From: Sphyrna mokarran
Lineage: Eukaryota
Length of the DNA: 64,000 bases
Assembly (NCBI GenBank): GCA_024679065.1
Contig: JAGIQG010000009.1
Coordinates: forward strand, 93,310,001 to 93,374,000
Direction: 5' to 3'
Part shown: one piece after another, positions 36,713 to 49,329 of the stretch
Layout of the letters: each line of letters opens with the position of its first letter
Position numbering within the stretch: position 1 is the first letter of the stretch
Notes under the pieces: model-generated
Databases searched by the model: none
What the model was told of the DNA's origin: nothing
The model's input: the letters and a program-made list of their open reading frames with translations, nothing else
Made by a program: the position numbers and the translations under genes

Positions 36713-37004
36713 TTAATCTCTACAGAAAGTACTCTCGCTACCCCAAAAGCAGAAAATGCTGAAAATATTCAGCAGACCTGACAGCAACTGTGGAGACAGA
36801 GCAAACATTTCACATCTGCATGACCTTTGCTAGAGTCTTGTAAACGTTCATTGCACTGTCTCTGTGATAATTTGTTTTGTCTTGTGATAAGGTGACCAAA
36901 ACTACACACAATACTGTCACCCTTTTTGAATAAAACAATTACATTCCAATTCGGTAGAACTATGGAATTTTGAAAGTTAAAACGATTATAATTCAACTCT
37001 TTTT

Positions 37005-37083
37005 GGCTTGTTGGTGTAAAGGTACGATTCTTGCTTGCATTTGTGCAAGCGACAGGTCCCAGGTTGAAATCCCAGACGAGTCT
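37005..37083 (+). pseudogene. tRNA-Pro pseudogene
   Basis: ggcttgttggtgtaaaggtacgattcttgctt...aggtcccaggttgaaatcccagacgag resembles vertebrate tRNA-Pro; the anticodon arm is disrupted. Confidence 0.75.
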
Positions 37084-37819
37084 CTTGCGCTTTTATTTTC
37101 ATTGAGCCCAATTTTCAGACATTTAAAACAAATGTTCCAATAAGATTTTGGCTTGACGTTTTAATGGCATGATTTTTGTGCTACAAAAGAGACAAGACAG
37201 TTTATTTTGTAATGAGGTACTTACAGGGGAAAATAGATGCTGAATTGCATAGTTGTTTGCCCATGGAAACTATTAGTAGTTCAACCCCAATACATGTACT
37301 CAGGTGACCCAAAGCTACCAGCTCCGATAACTGGAGCACTTAAGTCAAAATCATCTGTGGCACATAATGCAGTTTCATGGAGTTTGAAACTGCTGTTGGA
37401 TTTGTATTTGAACGTACCCCAGTGGGTTTCCTACATTTACAGTGATTAAACATAAGATTTTACATGGCTTGAGATTCATAAGGTCATATAGTTGTATAGC
37501 ACAAAAGTAAATCATTCAGCCCATCGTGTCACAGCTGGCCATCAGCACCAATTTTCAATATATTTTCTTGCACTTCAATAGCCTTGTATTCTGTGCACTT
37601 CAAGTGTCTATGTTTCTTGAAATTAGAGTGCTCCTGCCTCCATCATCATTTCAGGCAATGAGTTCCAGATTCCCCCACCCATCTTCTTAAAAAAGCTTTT
37701 GTTCAATGGCCTCTGAATCTGCCTTCTTAAAACCATGCCTCTAGTTATTGACCCCCTCAACAGGAAGGAAAAGTTTATTCCCATCTCCCCTGCCTACGTC
37801 ACTCCTAATTTTGCCAGGT

Positions 37820-37982
37820 CGCCCCTTCCTCCTCCACATTCCATTCCCCAGCCCATATTCTCCTCCCTCCCCCTCTCCCATTCCCCTTCCCCCTCTTCCT
37901 CCACCACCCTCCCACCACTCCTCCCTTGCTCTCCCCTGTCCCCTCCTCCAGCTCCCTCCCCTCACTTCCCAACCACCCCAGC
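37820..37982. repeat. C-rich polypyrimidine low-complexity tract
   Basis: Runs such as ctccctccccctctcccattccccttccccc. Confidence 0.9.
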
Positions 37983-38089
37983 TTACTCTGCTTGAAGGAA
38001 AATACCATCACAACCAGCTTCTTGGCCGAACCACTTCAGCCTGAGCAACTTCTTGGTGAATATTTTTAATGTTTATTCATAAGTTGCAA

Positions 38090-38360
38090 GTTGGCTTACA
38101 GTCTCATGACAATAAAGTTACTGTGAAATATCCCTCATCACCACACTATGCTGCCTGTTTGGGTACACTGAAGAAGTGTTTATCATGGTCGATTCATCTA
38201 AGCTGCACATCTTTGGACTGTGGGGGGAAAGTGAATCACCTGGAGGAAACCACACAGACATGTGAAGAATATGCAAACTGCACACAGACAGTGACCCAAG
38301 GCAGGAATTGAACTTGTGTCCCTGTGACTGTGAAGTAGTAATGCTAGCCACTGAGCCACC
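38090..38360 (-). mobile_element. V-SINE-like element
   Basis: ctgcacatctttggactgtggggggaaa...tgcaaactgcacacagacagtgacccaagg. Confidence 0.75.
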
Positions 38361-38738
38361 TCTAAATTTCTAGTGCAACTGCAACATTCCTAAAATTTGG
38401 AGACTGGAACTACACGTAGTCCTCTGGATGGGGCCGAACAAGCATATAATGCATATCCTTCATTACCACCCAGCTGTTATATTCTTCATTACGGCGAATA
38501 AATGTAAAAATCTCATATGCGTACTCACCTGCCTTCTGAGATCATTCATTCTTTTGTAAATGTAATCAAAAGTCCTCGATAAATCATAGATGGAATATCT
38601 CGATGATGGCCTGATGAGTATTTGCACTTGATAAACAGTTGTTCAGCCAAACCCATCTTGTGCATTGAAATATGACATTGCAAAGAATGCATGAAAAATA
38701 ACCGCTTGATGTTTGACTTGCTCAATGCAAGCCAGTTT

Positions 38739-39232
38739 AGAACATAGAACATTACAGCACAGAACAGGCCCTTCGGCCTTCGATGTTGCGCCGACCAATA
38801 TAAAAAGCAATGCCCCTCCAAACTAAACCATTCCCTTCTCTTCCATATACTTATCAACTAACCTCTTAAACGCCACCAAACTTGGCGCATCTACAACTGC
38901 TGCAGGCAGGGCATTCCACTCCCGAACCACCCTTTGGGTAAAGAACCTACCTCTGATATCCGTCCTATAACTATCACCCCTTAATTTAAAGCTGTGTCCC
39001 CTCGTGCTAGCTTTCTCCATCCTAGGAAAAAGGCTATCACTGTCCACCCTATCTAAACCTCTAATCATCTTATATGTTTCGATAAGGTCCCCTCTTAGCC
39101 GCCTCCTTTCTAACGAAAACAACCTCAAATCCCTCAGCCTCTCTTCATAAGACCTGCCCTCCATACCAGGCAACATCCTGGTAAACCTCCTCTGTACCCT
39201 CTCCAATGCCTCCACATCTTTCTTATAATGCA
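38739..39232 (-). mobile_element. Young CR1 3' fragment, almost identical to 27669-28160
   Basis: Identical translation [10 protein letters not shown]...EEKGMV and identical 3' UTR. Confidence 0.96.
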
Positions 39233-41002
39233 GGTAGTTTAGCCCGATGGAAATGCCTTTTGAATGTTTATGCTGCATGTGGCAGTTCAGGGAAACAGCA
39301 GACCTTGAATCGCAATTATGAAAATTTAATGAGAGTTCCTGTCCTTCAAAACATCCGAAACCAAAATTGGAGCACTATTTACACAGCAGCTCCCAAACCC
39401 AGCTTGAGTCCAAAAAACTGTTGAGAGATGAACTTTAGGGGCTGCAGAACTGCCTTATTAGCATTGGGCATAGTTCACCAGAGATACAAATCAAGTACCT
39501 CGAATCTGAGGAATAGTTGCCTTACTGCTCCTATACAGGACAATCTATAGTATCAAATTGTCCAAAGAATTTCATTCAGGCACGCTTTCACCGCAGAAAT
39601 TGCTACTTCAGAACTTACAGAACTGTGAAAATGCCACCTACAACCATGATGTTCAGCAATTGTTTCCCTTCTGTTTGAATTTCCTTTGTCTTTTCATTTT
39701 TCTGGATTGGATTATTGAACAGCAGGAAAATGAATTTTCAACTCACTGGACACAGCGCTGAGTTTGAGAGCTTCAGTGTAAAAAAAAAAGTTCCACTTTG
39801 GGTTTCAGCTGTTTAGGCATACAGGAACTCACATTAAATTTCCATAATCAGATTCAAACTATATTGTTCCTCTTCATTTTTTCCCTTCTGATCGAAGTGT
39901 AGCTGTGGACCTCTGTGGTCTGTCAGGCTGTGTATAGTATGGAGTGGACCAATAGCATATCTGAGCTGAATTATTGTCAGAAATCAATGGAGAGAAGCCT
40001 TACCAGTAATTTAGACTCAGTTCAAAATTTGGGGATAGGCTTGCGTCAGCCAGTAGACAAACAGAAATTTATGTCACTGCAGAGTTCAAATACATGATGC
40101 ATGTTCACCTACATGAAAATAATCAACAACTAAGAAGCTTCCCCCCAGTTAATTGCCATCCTGATTTGATACTACATCACTATTCCTTAAATGTTCCTTC
40201 GTCAAAATCCTGGAAATACCTCCCTAAAAACAATGCCTGTGCATCCACATCAAATAAGCAGCAAATGTTGTCACGAAGCAGCAATGCATGACATTCTGCA
40301 GAGCATTTAGTGATGCCTAATTCCATGAACGAATGTACAGATACACATCAGTATAAATTCTAATACGTTCAAGTCGATGAGTCTCTGGTCAATTAAATCT
40401 CCTCTCAAGCTTTACGATATTCTTTCTAAGCAATGTTGTCAACCCTTCTCCTTGTCCTCTTTCCCAATTGTTCCATGGCATCTTTGTCACAATAATGTGC
40501 TGTGTCTGACCATGCATTTAATTCAGTCAGCTTTCTGGTAGCACCAGTAAAATATATTTGCCATGCTTTGTGCATTCTTCATATTTGTATTCGGAAGTTT
40601 GATCGGAATATGAAGAAACCGGAGATGTTTTCCAAATAGTGTAGCTTGAAGTTAACAACAAAGAGAGAAAAAAAAATAAAGATTGGCTGAAACTACAGCG
40701 ATGCTGACATTCACCAAAATAAGAAAGATAACATTGTAAGCGATATAGGGCATGTGGAGGCCAGTTGGCAACATCTTAACAGAACATTGATTAATGTTTG
40801 AGCCATAGAGTTTGCTCATTGTATTGATATTTATACATTTTGTCATGGTCACAAGCATGTCACATCTGGTATAGAAACAGAAAAATAACGCAGAATATGG
40901 TATATTTGCCCTTAGCCTTGCACAGAAACCTTCGCTAGCAAAGGAAGAAAGACATGAATGAAAATGGTAGAATTACATTCAGAATTACATTAATGGTAGA
41001 AT

Positions 41003-41071
41003 TACATGGGTGGGAATCAAACGTGATTTTTGGTTTACGAAACTAATGCTTTGCTACTTGCCCACCGTATC
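41003..41071 (-). pseudogene. tRNA-Thr(CGT) pseudogene
   Basis: cgtgatttttggtttacgaaactaatgctttgctacttgcccaccg aligns to the intact copy at 53641-53712. Confidence 0.75.
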
Positions 41072-41429
41072 AACTTGTGCGCAAGTGCAAAATTCATAAA
41101 AACAGAGTATTCCAAGCAGATTGCAAGGTTTCGATGATAGCACTGGCTTCAATTATCTAGAACTTTAATGAAAACACACAACAAGAAAGACAATATTCGC
41201 AACACTTCACCTGGAACAAAATATTTGCGTCAGTTGTGGTAAATGCCACTGACATTACTCGAAGGATAAAAGTGCTATCCACCAAGAAGAGGTTGAGCAA
41301 AATGGACCATCTTGCTAGTCGTTAAAAAGAAAGGACATGCAGAGAAATATGTTTATTTTGTAGTTTGTATATGAGCTGTCAAAGGGTGAGTATATTTAAA
41401 TTTGAGAGTGACAGAATTGATTTGACCAA

Positions 41430-42100
41430 GGATGAGACGAAGTACGGAAGAAGGATAGAGAATGTGTGAAATGGTGCAGCGATAGAAATAGCTTCCTTCA
41501 TGTCTGTAAAATGAAGAAGGTTGTCATTGATTTTAGGAAGCATAGTGGAGGACATAGCTTTGTTGGCATCAATGTGGATAATGAAATTGTGCAGAGCTTT
41601 ACATTTATTGGTGTCCAGATCACCAACAAGATGTCCAGGCCCTTTGTGTGGACTGTAGATAAGGCAGATCACCAATGCTTCCTCATTAGCTAAGAAAATT
41701 CAGCAGGTCAGCTACAACTCTCACCAGTTTTTGCAGATTTTCAGGAAGAAAACATCCTTTCCAGCTTGGTATAGCTCCTATTCTATCCAAGACCAACAAG
41801 ACAAAGGGTTGTGGGTGCTGCCCAGTCCATCACTTAAACAAGTGTTCCATCACTGACTTGTCTATACTTTCCGCTGCCTAGGAAATATACCCAGCACAAT
41901 AAAAGATACCACATATTCCACATTCTTCTTCCATCGGGAAAATATACAAAATTCTGAGCTCATGTTCCATCCTCTCAAAAGCATCTTTTTCTCTGCTGCC
42001 AGTAACGTTGAATGGACTTATATTAAGTTGATATTTCTCTGCATCTTAGTTATATGAAACACTACATCAGTGCCTTTTTTTCTTTCTCTCTCATGCAGAC
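41430..42100 (+). mobile_element. Rex1/Babar LINE 3' fragment (cassette copy 1)
   Basis: DETKY..IENV.KWCSDRNSFLHV.K.KKVVIDFRK...FIGVQITN. Confidence 0.85.
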
Positions 42101-42179
42101 TACGAATGGGATGACTGGGCAGAATATCAGAAGAAACAGTGAGGCATCCCAGGAAAACACTATCTGGACGCAAAGTGAT

Positions 42180-42350
42180 CAAGCAGACAGAAACAAGAGA
42201 GAGATAGCTAGATAAATAGGCAAAGGGAAAGAGTAAGCGCATGTAGGAGAAAGACGGACAGACAGCCAGACAGTGATGGATAGATAGGGAGATAGTTAGA
42301 TAGATAGACAAATAGATAAACAGATGGACAGCCAGACAGACTGACTGGAA
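42180..42350. repeat. Degenerate (GATA/GACA)n microsatellite
   Basis: gatagatagg...gatagatagacaaatagata. Confidence 0.8.
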
Positions 42351-42574
42351 CCGACTGGCCGACTAGTATCCTTCTGGAGTGCAGGAATTCTATTATTCTA
42401 GATTTGCAAGTTAGATGGACCAAGCGCGTTAAATTGTTCCATAGTATCACAAACCATGTGGAACAGTGGCTTTGCGGGATAAGTGTGTGGGATTGCGGGG
42501 ACGTGGTAGGAGATGGCCATAGTAAAATGCTCCGTCAGTCTTTAGAGGAGGCTTGCTTTTGAGCCGCAGCAACG

Positions 42575-44230
42575 CCCATATCCACTAAAAATAAGAAAGA
42601 TAAACATTGGCAGTGATTCAGGGCATATCCAACAGCGATGGCAGGCATCTTAACAGAGCATTGATTAATGTTTGAACTGGAGAGTTTGTTCATTTTATTG
42701 GTAGTCATTTAATTATCCCGGTTATAAGCTAATCGCATCGGGAAGTGAAGAAGAAAAAAATAAGACAGAAAATGTTATATTTGCCCTCAGCCTTGCATGG
42801 AATTCTTCGTTGATACATGAGGCAAGACTAAATGAAATTGCCGCAAATAAATGAAGGAATCAATTTATTGTTGATTTATGAGATCAATGCTTTGCCGCTT
42901 GGCCGTGGCTACCACATTGCCCAGAACCGAGAAACACTTAAAAAGAGTTTTCGAAGCAGGTTGCAATACAGCAATAATATATCTTGTTTCATTTATCCCG
43001 GCCTTCAACAAGAACACATGAAAAGTCACAGTTATTAACACTTTATCGGTAGAATGAAATATTTTCATCAGTGGTGGTGAGAATTCATTGACATTACTCG
43101 AGCGATAAAATGAACTATTTGAAAACAGCATGAGTCAAACGGACCTTCTTACTGGAGGATAGAAAGAAAGGATATGCGGGGAAACATGTTTATTCAGCAG
43201 TTTATTTATTTTAAATACAACACACATATATGTTATGTACATTAGCCGGAATGCTTTCAGCGGTGAAAAGATATTTAAACGTGAGAGCGACAGATTTGAT
43301 TTGACCAAGAATGAGGAGTACAGAAAAAGAATAAAGAATCTGGTGGAAAAAAGCACTGCGACAGTAATCTCCTCCTTCATGTCAGTGTACCGTTAGTCAC
43401 TGACTTCAGACGACACACCTTTGTCCACATCAAGGCGATGAAGCGGAAATTATCCAGAGCTCCATGTTTCCCGGTATCCAGATCACAAACAACGTATCCT
43501 GGATGCTCAAAGCGGACCATAGATAAGAAAGACCAGCAACGTCTTTACTTTCTCAGAAGGCAAAGGAGCTTGGGCATGTCGGCTACGACTCTCACCAGTT
43601 TTTACAGATGCACGATAGAAAACATCCTTTTTAGATGTATCATAGCTTGGTATAGCTGCAGCTCTAAACAAGATGCAACGAACGAAAAAGAATTGTGAAT
43701 GGAGCCCGGTACATCACGCATCAAGCTTTCTTTCCATTGACTTTGTCTGTACTTGGCACTGAATGGGAAAGTACCTAACACAATCAAGGATTCCACGCAT
43801 CCTGACAGATTTTTTCCTTCTTCCGAAGGTAAAATATACAAAAGTCTGAGCTCATGGACCAAGAGACTCAATGACAGCTTCTTCCCTGCAGCCATCAGAT
43901 TTTAAATGGACGTATCTTATAATACGTTGATCTTTCGTTACCCCCTAGCTATTCTGCATTCTACGTTCTGTACTCGTTCCTTTCCTTCTCCCTGTGCATG
44001 CGATAAACCGGATGCTTGATCTGTTTAGCAAAACAGTGAGGAATCCGAGAGAAATGCAAAGTGCTCAAGCTGACAGAAAAGACAGAAAGGTAGCGAGATG
44101 AATAGGCAGACAAAGATAGTAAGTATGTCTGAGAGAAAGACAGACAGAGATATAGAGAGAGTTAGATGAATAAATAAATAACTGGATAGCTAGATAACTA
44201 AGTAGATAGATAGATAGATGCATGCATAAA
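42575..44230. repeat. Thr-tRNA/Rex1/GATA cassette, copy 2
   Basis: Direct tandem paralogue of copy 1; Rex1 fragment at 43310-44030 and GATA tract at 44070-44225. Confidence 0.85.
42845..42913 (-). pseudogene. tRNA-Thr(CGT) pseudogene, very decayed
   Basis: tttatgagatcaatgctttgccgcttggcc at the homologous cassette position. Confidence 0.6.
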
Positions 44231-44919
44231 TGCACAGGAACATTCCGATAATGAAAGAAATTACATAGAATTGCACTCATAATACTATCTGTTCCGCAAG
44301 TGCATTTGACAGACAGACAATTCCGTGAAACAACTTTTGGCTAAAAATCGAATTCACAAAATGAGATTCACAATCAAAGCAGCTTCTTCATATCGCAACA
44401 GAATTCACTGTTGAGAAATGTGCATTAAACTTCGAGATGACTGAATTGAGACCCAACACTATTAACGAATTTTAACAGGTACCGATTGGATGAAAGGTTT
44501 TCCGGTCCACATGCATAATTTTCAGATTGTGTTTAAGATTGTTTTAATTATATGAATTTATAATCAAGAATTGTTGTTCCACACATACCCTCCAAACAAA
44601 GAGCGACTTATTTGTTGTTCTTTTAATTTGGTATACTGCTCTCACTTCTCCTTGGTTATATCGAGGAGATCAAATGTTTTTCAGGTAGCAAACATCATCC
44701 TAAATATGGCAACGCCTTTCTATTAATTCCACACAAAGCTCCCACACAGACCTTTCTGTCCTTGCATGCTGATCTAATAAAGCAAATCGAGGAAGAATCC
44801 TTTATCTTTCTACCCTTATGCATCCAACACCGAGTTCAGCGCTTTTTGATTACAACATTTCTTCCATCGTACTATCAATGTTTTCAAATATATTGTCTCA
44901 AACAATAATAAATAATCCC

Positions 44920-45560
44920 AAGCTGGGCGAAAAATTAAACTATTGGGAGGGCAATGAGTTACTGCAAATATATAGTGAATGGTTCAGTGAGTCATATGAA
45001 AAATGACAGATGGAGCATAATGTAGACAAGTGTGAACTCATTCATTTTAGTCGTGAGCATGCAAAAGCAAAACCGTTTTTTGCCTCCACTGGTAAACTTG
45101 TAAGTGTTGACGTTCAAAGAGACGTGTGTGCACTTGCCCAAACAAGGCAGGATGACAGCAAGCAGGTGAAAGATGCAATAACGAAGACAAATAATATAGG
45201 ACATTGGAGTAATAAAACAAATTTGATTTATGCAATTCTACGGGTTTTAGTGATGCAACTTTTGCAATGACAAAGGAAGTTTTCGTCAGCACATGCCAGA
45301 GAAAGATGCTAGTATATATTGGAGGTGGAACATCGAAGTTTCATTAAATTTGCCCTCGATTGAGGAATTTGTCATACCATGAATGGTAAATTAAATTTGG
45401 AAAATATTCGCTGGAGTTTGGAAGAATGAGTCCATCTTGTTGACAACTGCAAAGATCTGAAGGCGCTCCATAGATTGTTTTCAAAGTCTATAATATTGGG
45501 CCCCAATATTAGTATGTTGGCCGAGCTTTTAGGACTGAGATGTAGAGTAATGATTTTAAT
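44920..45560 (+). mobile_element. Old CR1 fragment
   Basis: QMEHNVDKCELIHF...VQRDVCA. Confidence 0.65.
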
Positions 45561-46916
45561 TTCATTATTTCTTGGGCACGAAAACCGCTAGCAAGATCAA
45601 CATTGGTTGTCAATCGCTAATTACAACTAAGTGAGAGTTAAGAGTCAATCACGTTGCTGTGAGTGAGTCGTCTAGACCAGACCAGTTCGGGATGGTAGAT
45701 TTCCATCTTTGAAGGACATTAGTGAGCCAAATGGATTTTTCCATAAATGAAAGCGAAACTCTGCGTCAGCACCATTATTCACCATTCCCTCTGACAGGGC
45801 TGGTGAAGTGTTACCAAGCTTTTTAGCCAAAGATTACTTCGTTAGCTTATTAGAATAAAAAAAAACAACCATTGCCCTGAACTAGATTCGAAATGAGGGT
45901 GGAACTTCGACATACTCCACAATACAGTCACTGTCCCACCTACCTGCAATATTGATTTTTCGTTGCTAAGCCAAATGATCGCAAGTGAGCAGACCAGAAT
46001 ATGTAGCCCCTCGAGCGTACTCTATTGTTCAAGGGTGATGCCCATTATACTTAATTGAATTCCACCTGCTTTTGCAGGCAATCAGTCCTTGGCCTCAGAT
46101 TCAGTTTGAGAAGGCGAGAGGATGTGAGATGGATAGGTTTATCGGATGTTGTGTTACATTCCTGTAACTATGTTGCTTCCCAGTGCCAGGTCGTTTGTTC
46201 TCCTGCGGTAGACTTCCAGCCAACAGGCTGTAGGCTGGATCACGAGATTACACAAAATAGTACAATAAAATACGGGTAACTCAGCTTTTGAATGTGGCGG
46301 CTCACCGAGGGAATTATGTAATTAACGCACTCCTCCACTGCAATGTCAGAGAATCTTCCAGAACCGGGACCTCCAACTTCGAGAAAAAGAGGAACGGACG
46401 AATAGTAAAATTCATCCATGTTGACATCCCTTCACCGCAATATTTTACAATGCATTTTGTGCATTTTAGTTCTTATGAATATGCAACGACTAGCAGTACT
46501 GCGCTTTCCGCCAGGTATATATTACGATTTGTACATTATAATAACCACGTTTAGTCGACATGCACCTCTTCAGGTCAGAACGAAATTAGACCACGTTAAA
46601 TTCCCTCGCTGTCATGTTCACCTAATATTTCGACTGCGCTATCTATCTGACCCACATACATGAGCGTGCTTTTGTCCCTTCCAATGCAACCTGTCAGTCC
46701 CTCTGTTCTTGTCAATTTAGTCTGAACGGCATTGCCATAAGCACACTGCGCGGGCAAAACATTGTTCTCTCTTGTGCAGTTGCAGTTTACATGACTCATT
46801 TCAGCAAACCATTTGCCAATGATTTTTTTTTTTGTTCTCACGTTCTTTCTGCGTTGCTGGCATCTTTTTGTCTTGCGTCTAGAAGTAAGCTGCAGAGGAG
46901 ACCGGAGACGTGTGGC

Positions 46917-46974
46917 GCCGTGATTTTATAGTGATTACTACTGTGTTGTGACCACATTAATTCGAGTTACGTCA
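46917..46974 (+). pseudogene. tRNA-His pseudogene (internal deletion)
   Basis: tgtggc|gccgtgattttatagtgattacta..gttgtgacc..ttcgagttacgtca; same 5' flank (tgtggc) as the intact His gene. Confidence 0.7.
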
Positions 46975-48850
46975 GTAACTTTTGGACCTTAAAGATTCAA
47001 ATCTTCCATGTAAAGGAATTTCTGTTCATCTCGGTACGAAGTAGATTCTCATCATTCTGATTCTATGCTCTCTGATAACTGAACCTCCAAACAAAGGAAA
47101 AAAGTTTATGTGCCTCCAGCTTGTTTGTCCCTTCAGTATTTTGTGGGCTTCAAGGAGATCACTGTGTATTCTTCAACATGTAGAAAATAGAGGTCCAATT
47201 TGCTAACTCTGCAGAAAATACTCTCGCCTTCCCGAAAGCAGAAAATTCAGAAAACAGTCAGCAGGCCTGACAACAAGACAAAGCAAACGTTTCGCATCTG
47301 CATACCTTTCGTCAGAGTGTTGTAAATTTTCATTGCATTGGTTCTGTGGTAATATGTTCTTTTTGTGGTAAGGTGACCAAAACTGCGCACAATGCGCGTT
47401 TTGAATACAATAATTACATTCCAATCCTGAAGAATTAGGAAATCTTGAAAGTCAAAAATATCATAATTCAAACCATAAAATGCTCTTGGCTCGTTGGCCT
47501 TGCGGTGCGATTTCATTAGTCTCTTTTGGTGCTAGGTGTCGCAAGGTCAAAGCCCAGACGAGCGTTTTTTTTATTTTCATTGAATCCAAGTCTCAGATAT
47601 TAAAAAGGCTGTTCCAACAAGGTCTTCTAACGGGATGATTTTTGCGCCACGAAAGACACAAGACAGTTTATTATTTTATGCAATATGATAGAACATGGAA
47701 AACCACAGCACGAACAGGCGCTTCGGCCCACAAGTTGCGCTGATCATATCCCTACCTACTAAGCCTACCCATAACCCTCAATCCCATTAAATCCCACGTA
47801 CTCATCCAGAAAAATGAGAAAGACGATGAATTTATCGGCAAAAAAGACCATGAATTGCATTGTCGTTTGCCCGTGGAAACTTTTAGTGATTCGAATCGAA
47901 TACATGCGCTCGTGTGACCCAAAGCGTGCCAGCTGGAGCACGTCTTTTAGTTGAAATCGTCCACGGCACAACATACAGTTTCAAGGAACTTGAAATAGCT
48001 GTTGGATTTGTATTTGAACAGAGTGTACTGCGTTTCTTACATGTGCAGTGGGCAAAACATAGTTTAGATGCCTTCCGGCTATCAACATTGGAAGAAACTG
48101 AAGCACATGTAAGTTCATCAATACAGAATCAGTAAGCTGACCTACAAATGCCAAAATGTCCAATTCGTTGTTTGATCGTGGTGAAGATGCGGTTTCGATT
48201 CATAAGGTCAAATAATTGTGCAGAACAAAAGTAAAACATTAGGAACATCGTGCCTTAGATAGTTATCAAACACCAATTTGAAACGTATTTTCCCGCACTT
48301 TTGTAACCTTGTATACTGTACGACTAAAGTGTTCTTTCAAACGCTTCTTCAAATTTGAGTGCTCCGACCGCAACCATCATTTCAGGCAGTGGATTCCAAA
48401 TTTTCTCACCCTTCTCTTTTTCCTCAAATTGTCTCTTAATATCCTGTCCCCTACCTTAAACCTATTTTGCTCATTGACCCTTCTATTGGAAGGAACCGTT
48501 TATTCCTGTTTCCTCTGTACCTCTTCTAATTTCACATATGTCAACTAGTAGCCGGCCCTGCGCGAAGGAAACCAACACCAGTTTACGCAGCTTCTCTTCA
48601 CAGTTGAAATGCTCCAGCCCGGGCAACATCCTTGACACTATTCTCTGCACCATTTCTAGTGAAATTGCAACATTCTTATAATATGGTGACTGAAACTACG
48701 AACGGTATCTAGACATGGCCAAACGATGTTTCATATACTTGCATCATTCGTTCCTATTCTTATAGTCAATGTTGCAAGGAATTAACGCACTTAACTCAAA
48801 TGCACTCATATTTGGGGGATCTGTGTCTCTATTCCAGCCCCATAACTTTT
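46960..48850 (+). repeat. His/Pro tRNA duplicon, copy B
   Basis: Colinear with copy A (35890-38700). Confidence 0.85.
47488..47564 (+). pseudogene. tRNA-Pro pseudogene
   Basis: ggctcgttggcct...tcaaagcccagacgagc followed by a T-run; paralogue of 37005-37083. Confidence 0.7.
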
Positions 48851-49329
48851 ACTTACCCGTGGACAACAGACAATACAAGAAAATTTCATTTCAAATCTGA
48901 TGAGAAACTTAGTCGGTGAACGTTGTTGTTTATTAACTCATTCTAAGTCGCAACGCACAGATTTAAACAGACGCCAGGCATCTTAAAACAACATCGATTC
49001 ATACATAAGCTGGGCAGTTTGCTCTTTGCATTGTCATTCATTCCAGTTCTTCGTGGTCATAAACATGTGGCAAGGAAAAAAGAAACAGAGAAATAAGGCA
49101 GAAAAATTGAAACGTATGACATATGAGTAATTAGCCACCTGATAAAGAATCTGCGTTGGTGTCAATGTTAGACTTGAAATTCACAGTCTAGAGCGTTGCA
49201 CACGAGTCAAGAGAAGGAATAAATGCAGAGCCGCTAATTACAGAAGATGTTTTCCGAATATTATACTCTGAAATTAACAAGTTAGGGGGATGGGGGGGCT
49301 AGTGGGGGAAGGCGATTAGCTGGAACCAC

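Larger units (their letters stand above)
35890..38700 (+). repeat. His/Pro tRNA duplicon, copy A
   Basis: Colinear similarity with 46960-48850, e.g. 35941-36030 vs 47011-47100 and 36721-37320 vs 47211-47940. Confidence 0.85.
40700..42560. repeat. Thr-tRNA/Rex1/GATA cassette, copy 1 (about 1.9 kb)
   Basis: Colinear with 42575-44230, 49330-50530 and 53467-54950. Confidence 0.85.

Noticed and set aside
37735-38044. Pro-rich and Gly-rich ORFs (also 58783-59194)
   Set aside because: Translations of low-complexity C/G tracts.
45870-45945. Possible additional tRNA relic (also about 63460-63520)
   Set aside because: Only vague box-like words; no isotype could be aligned.
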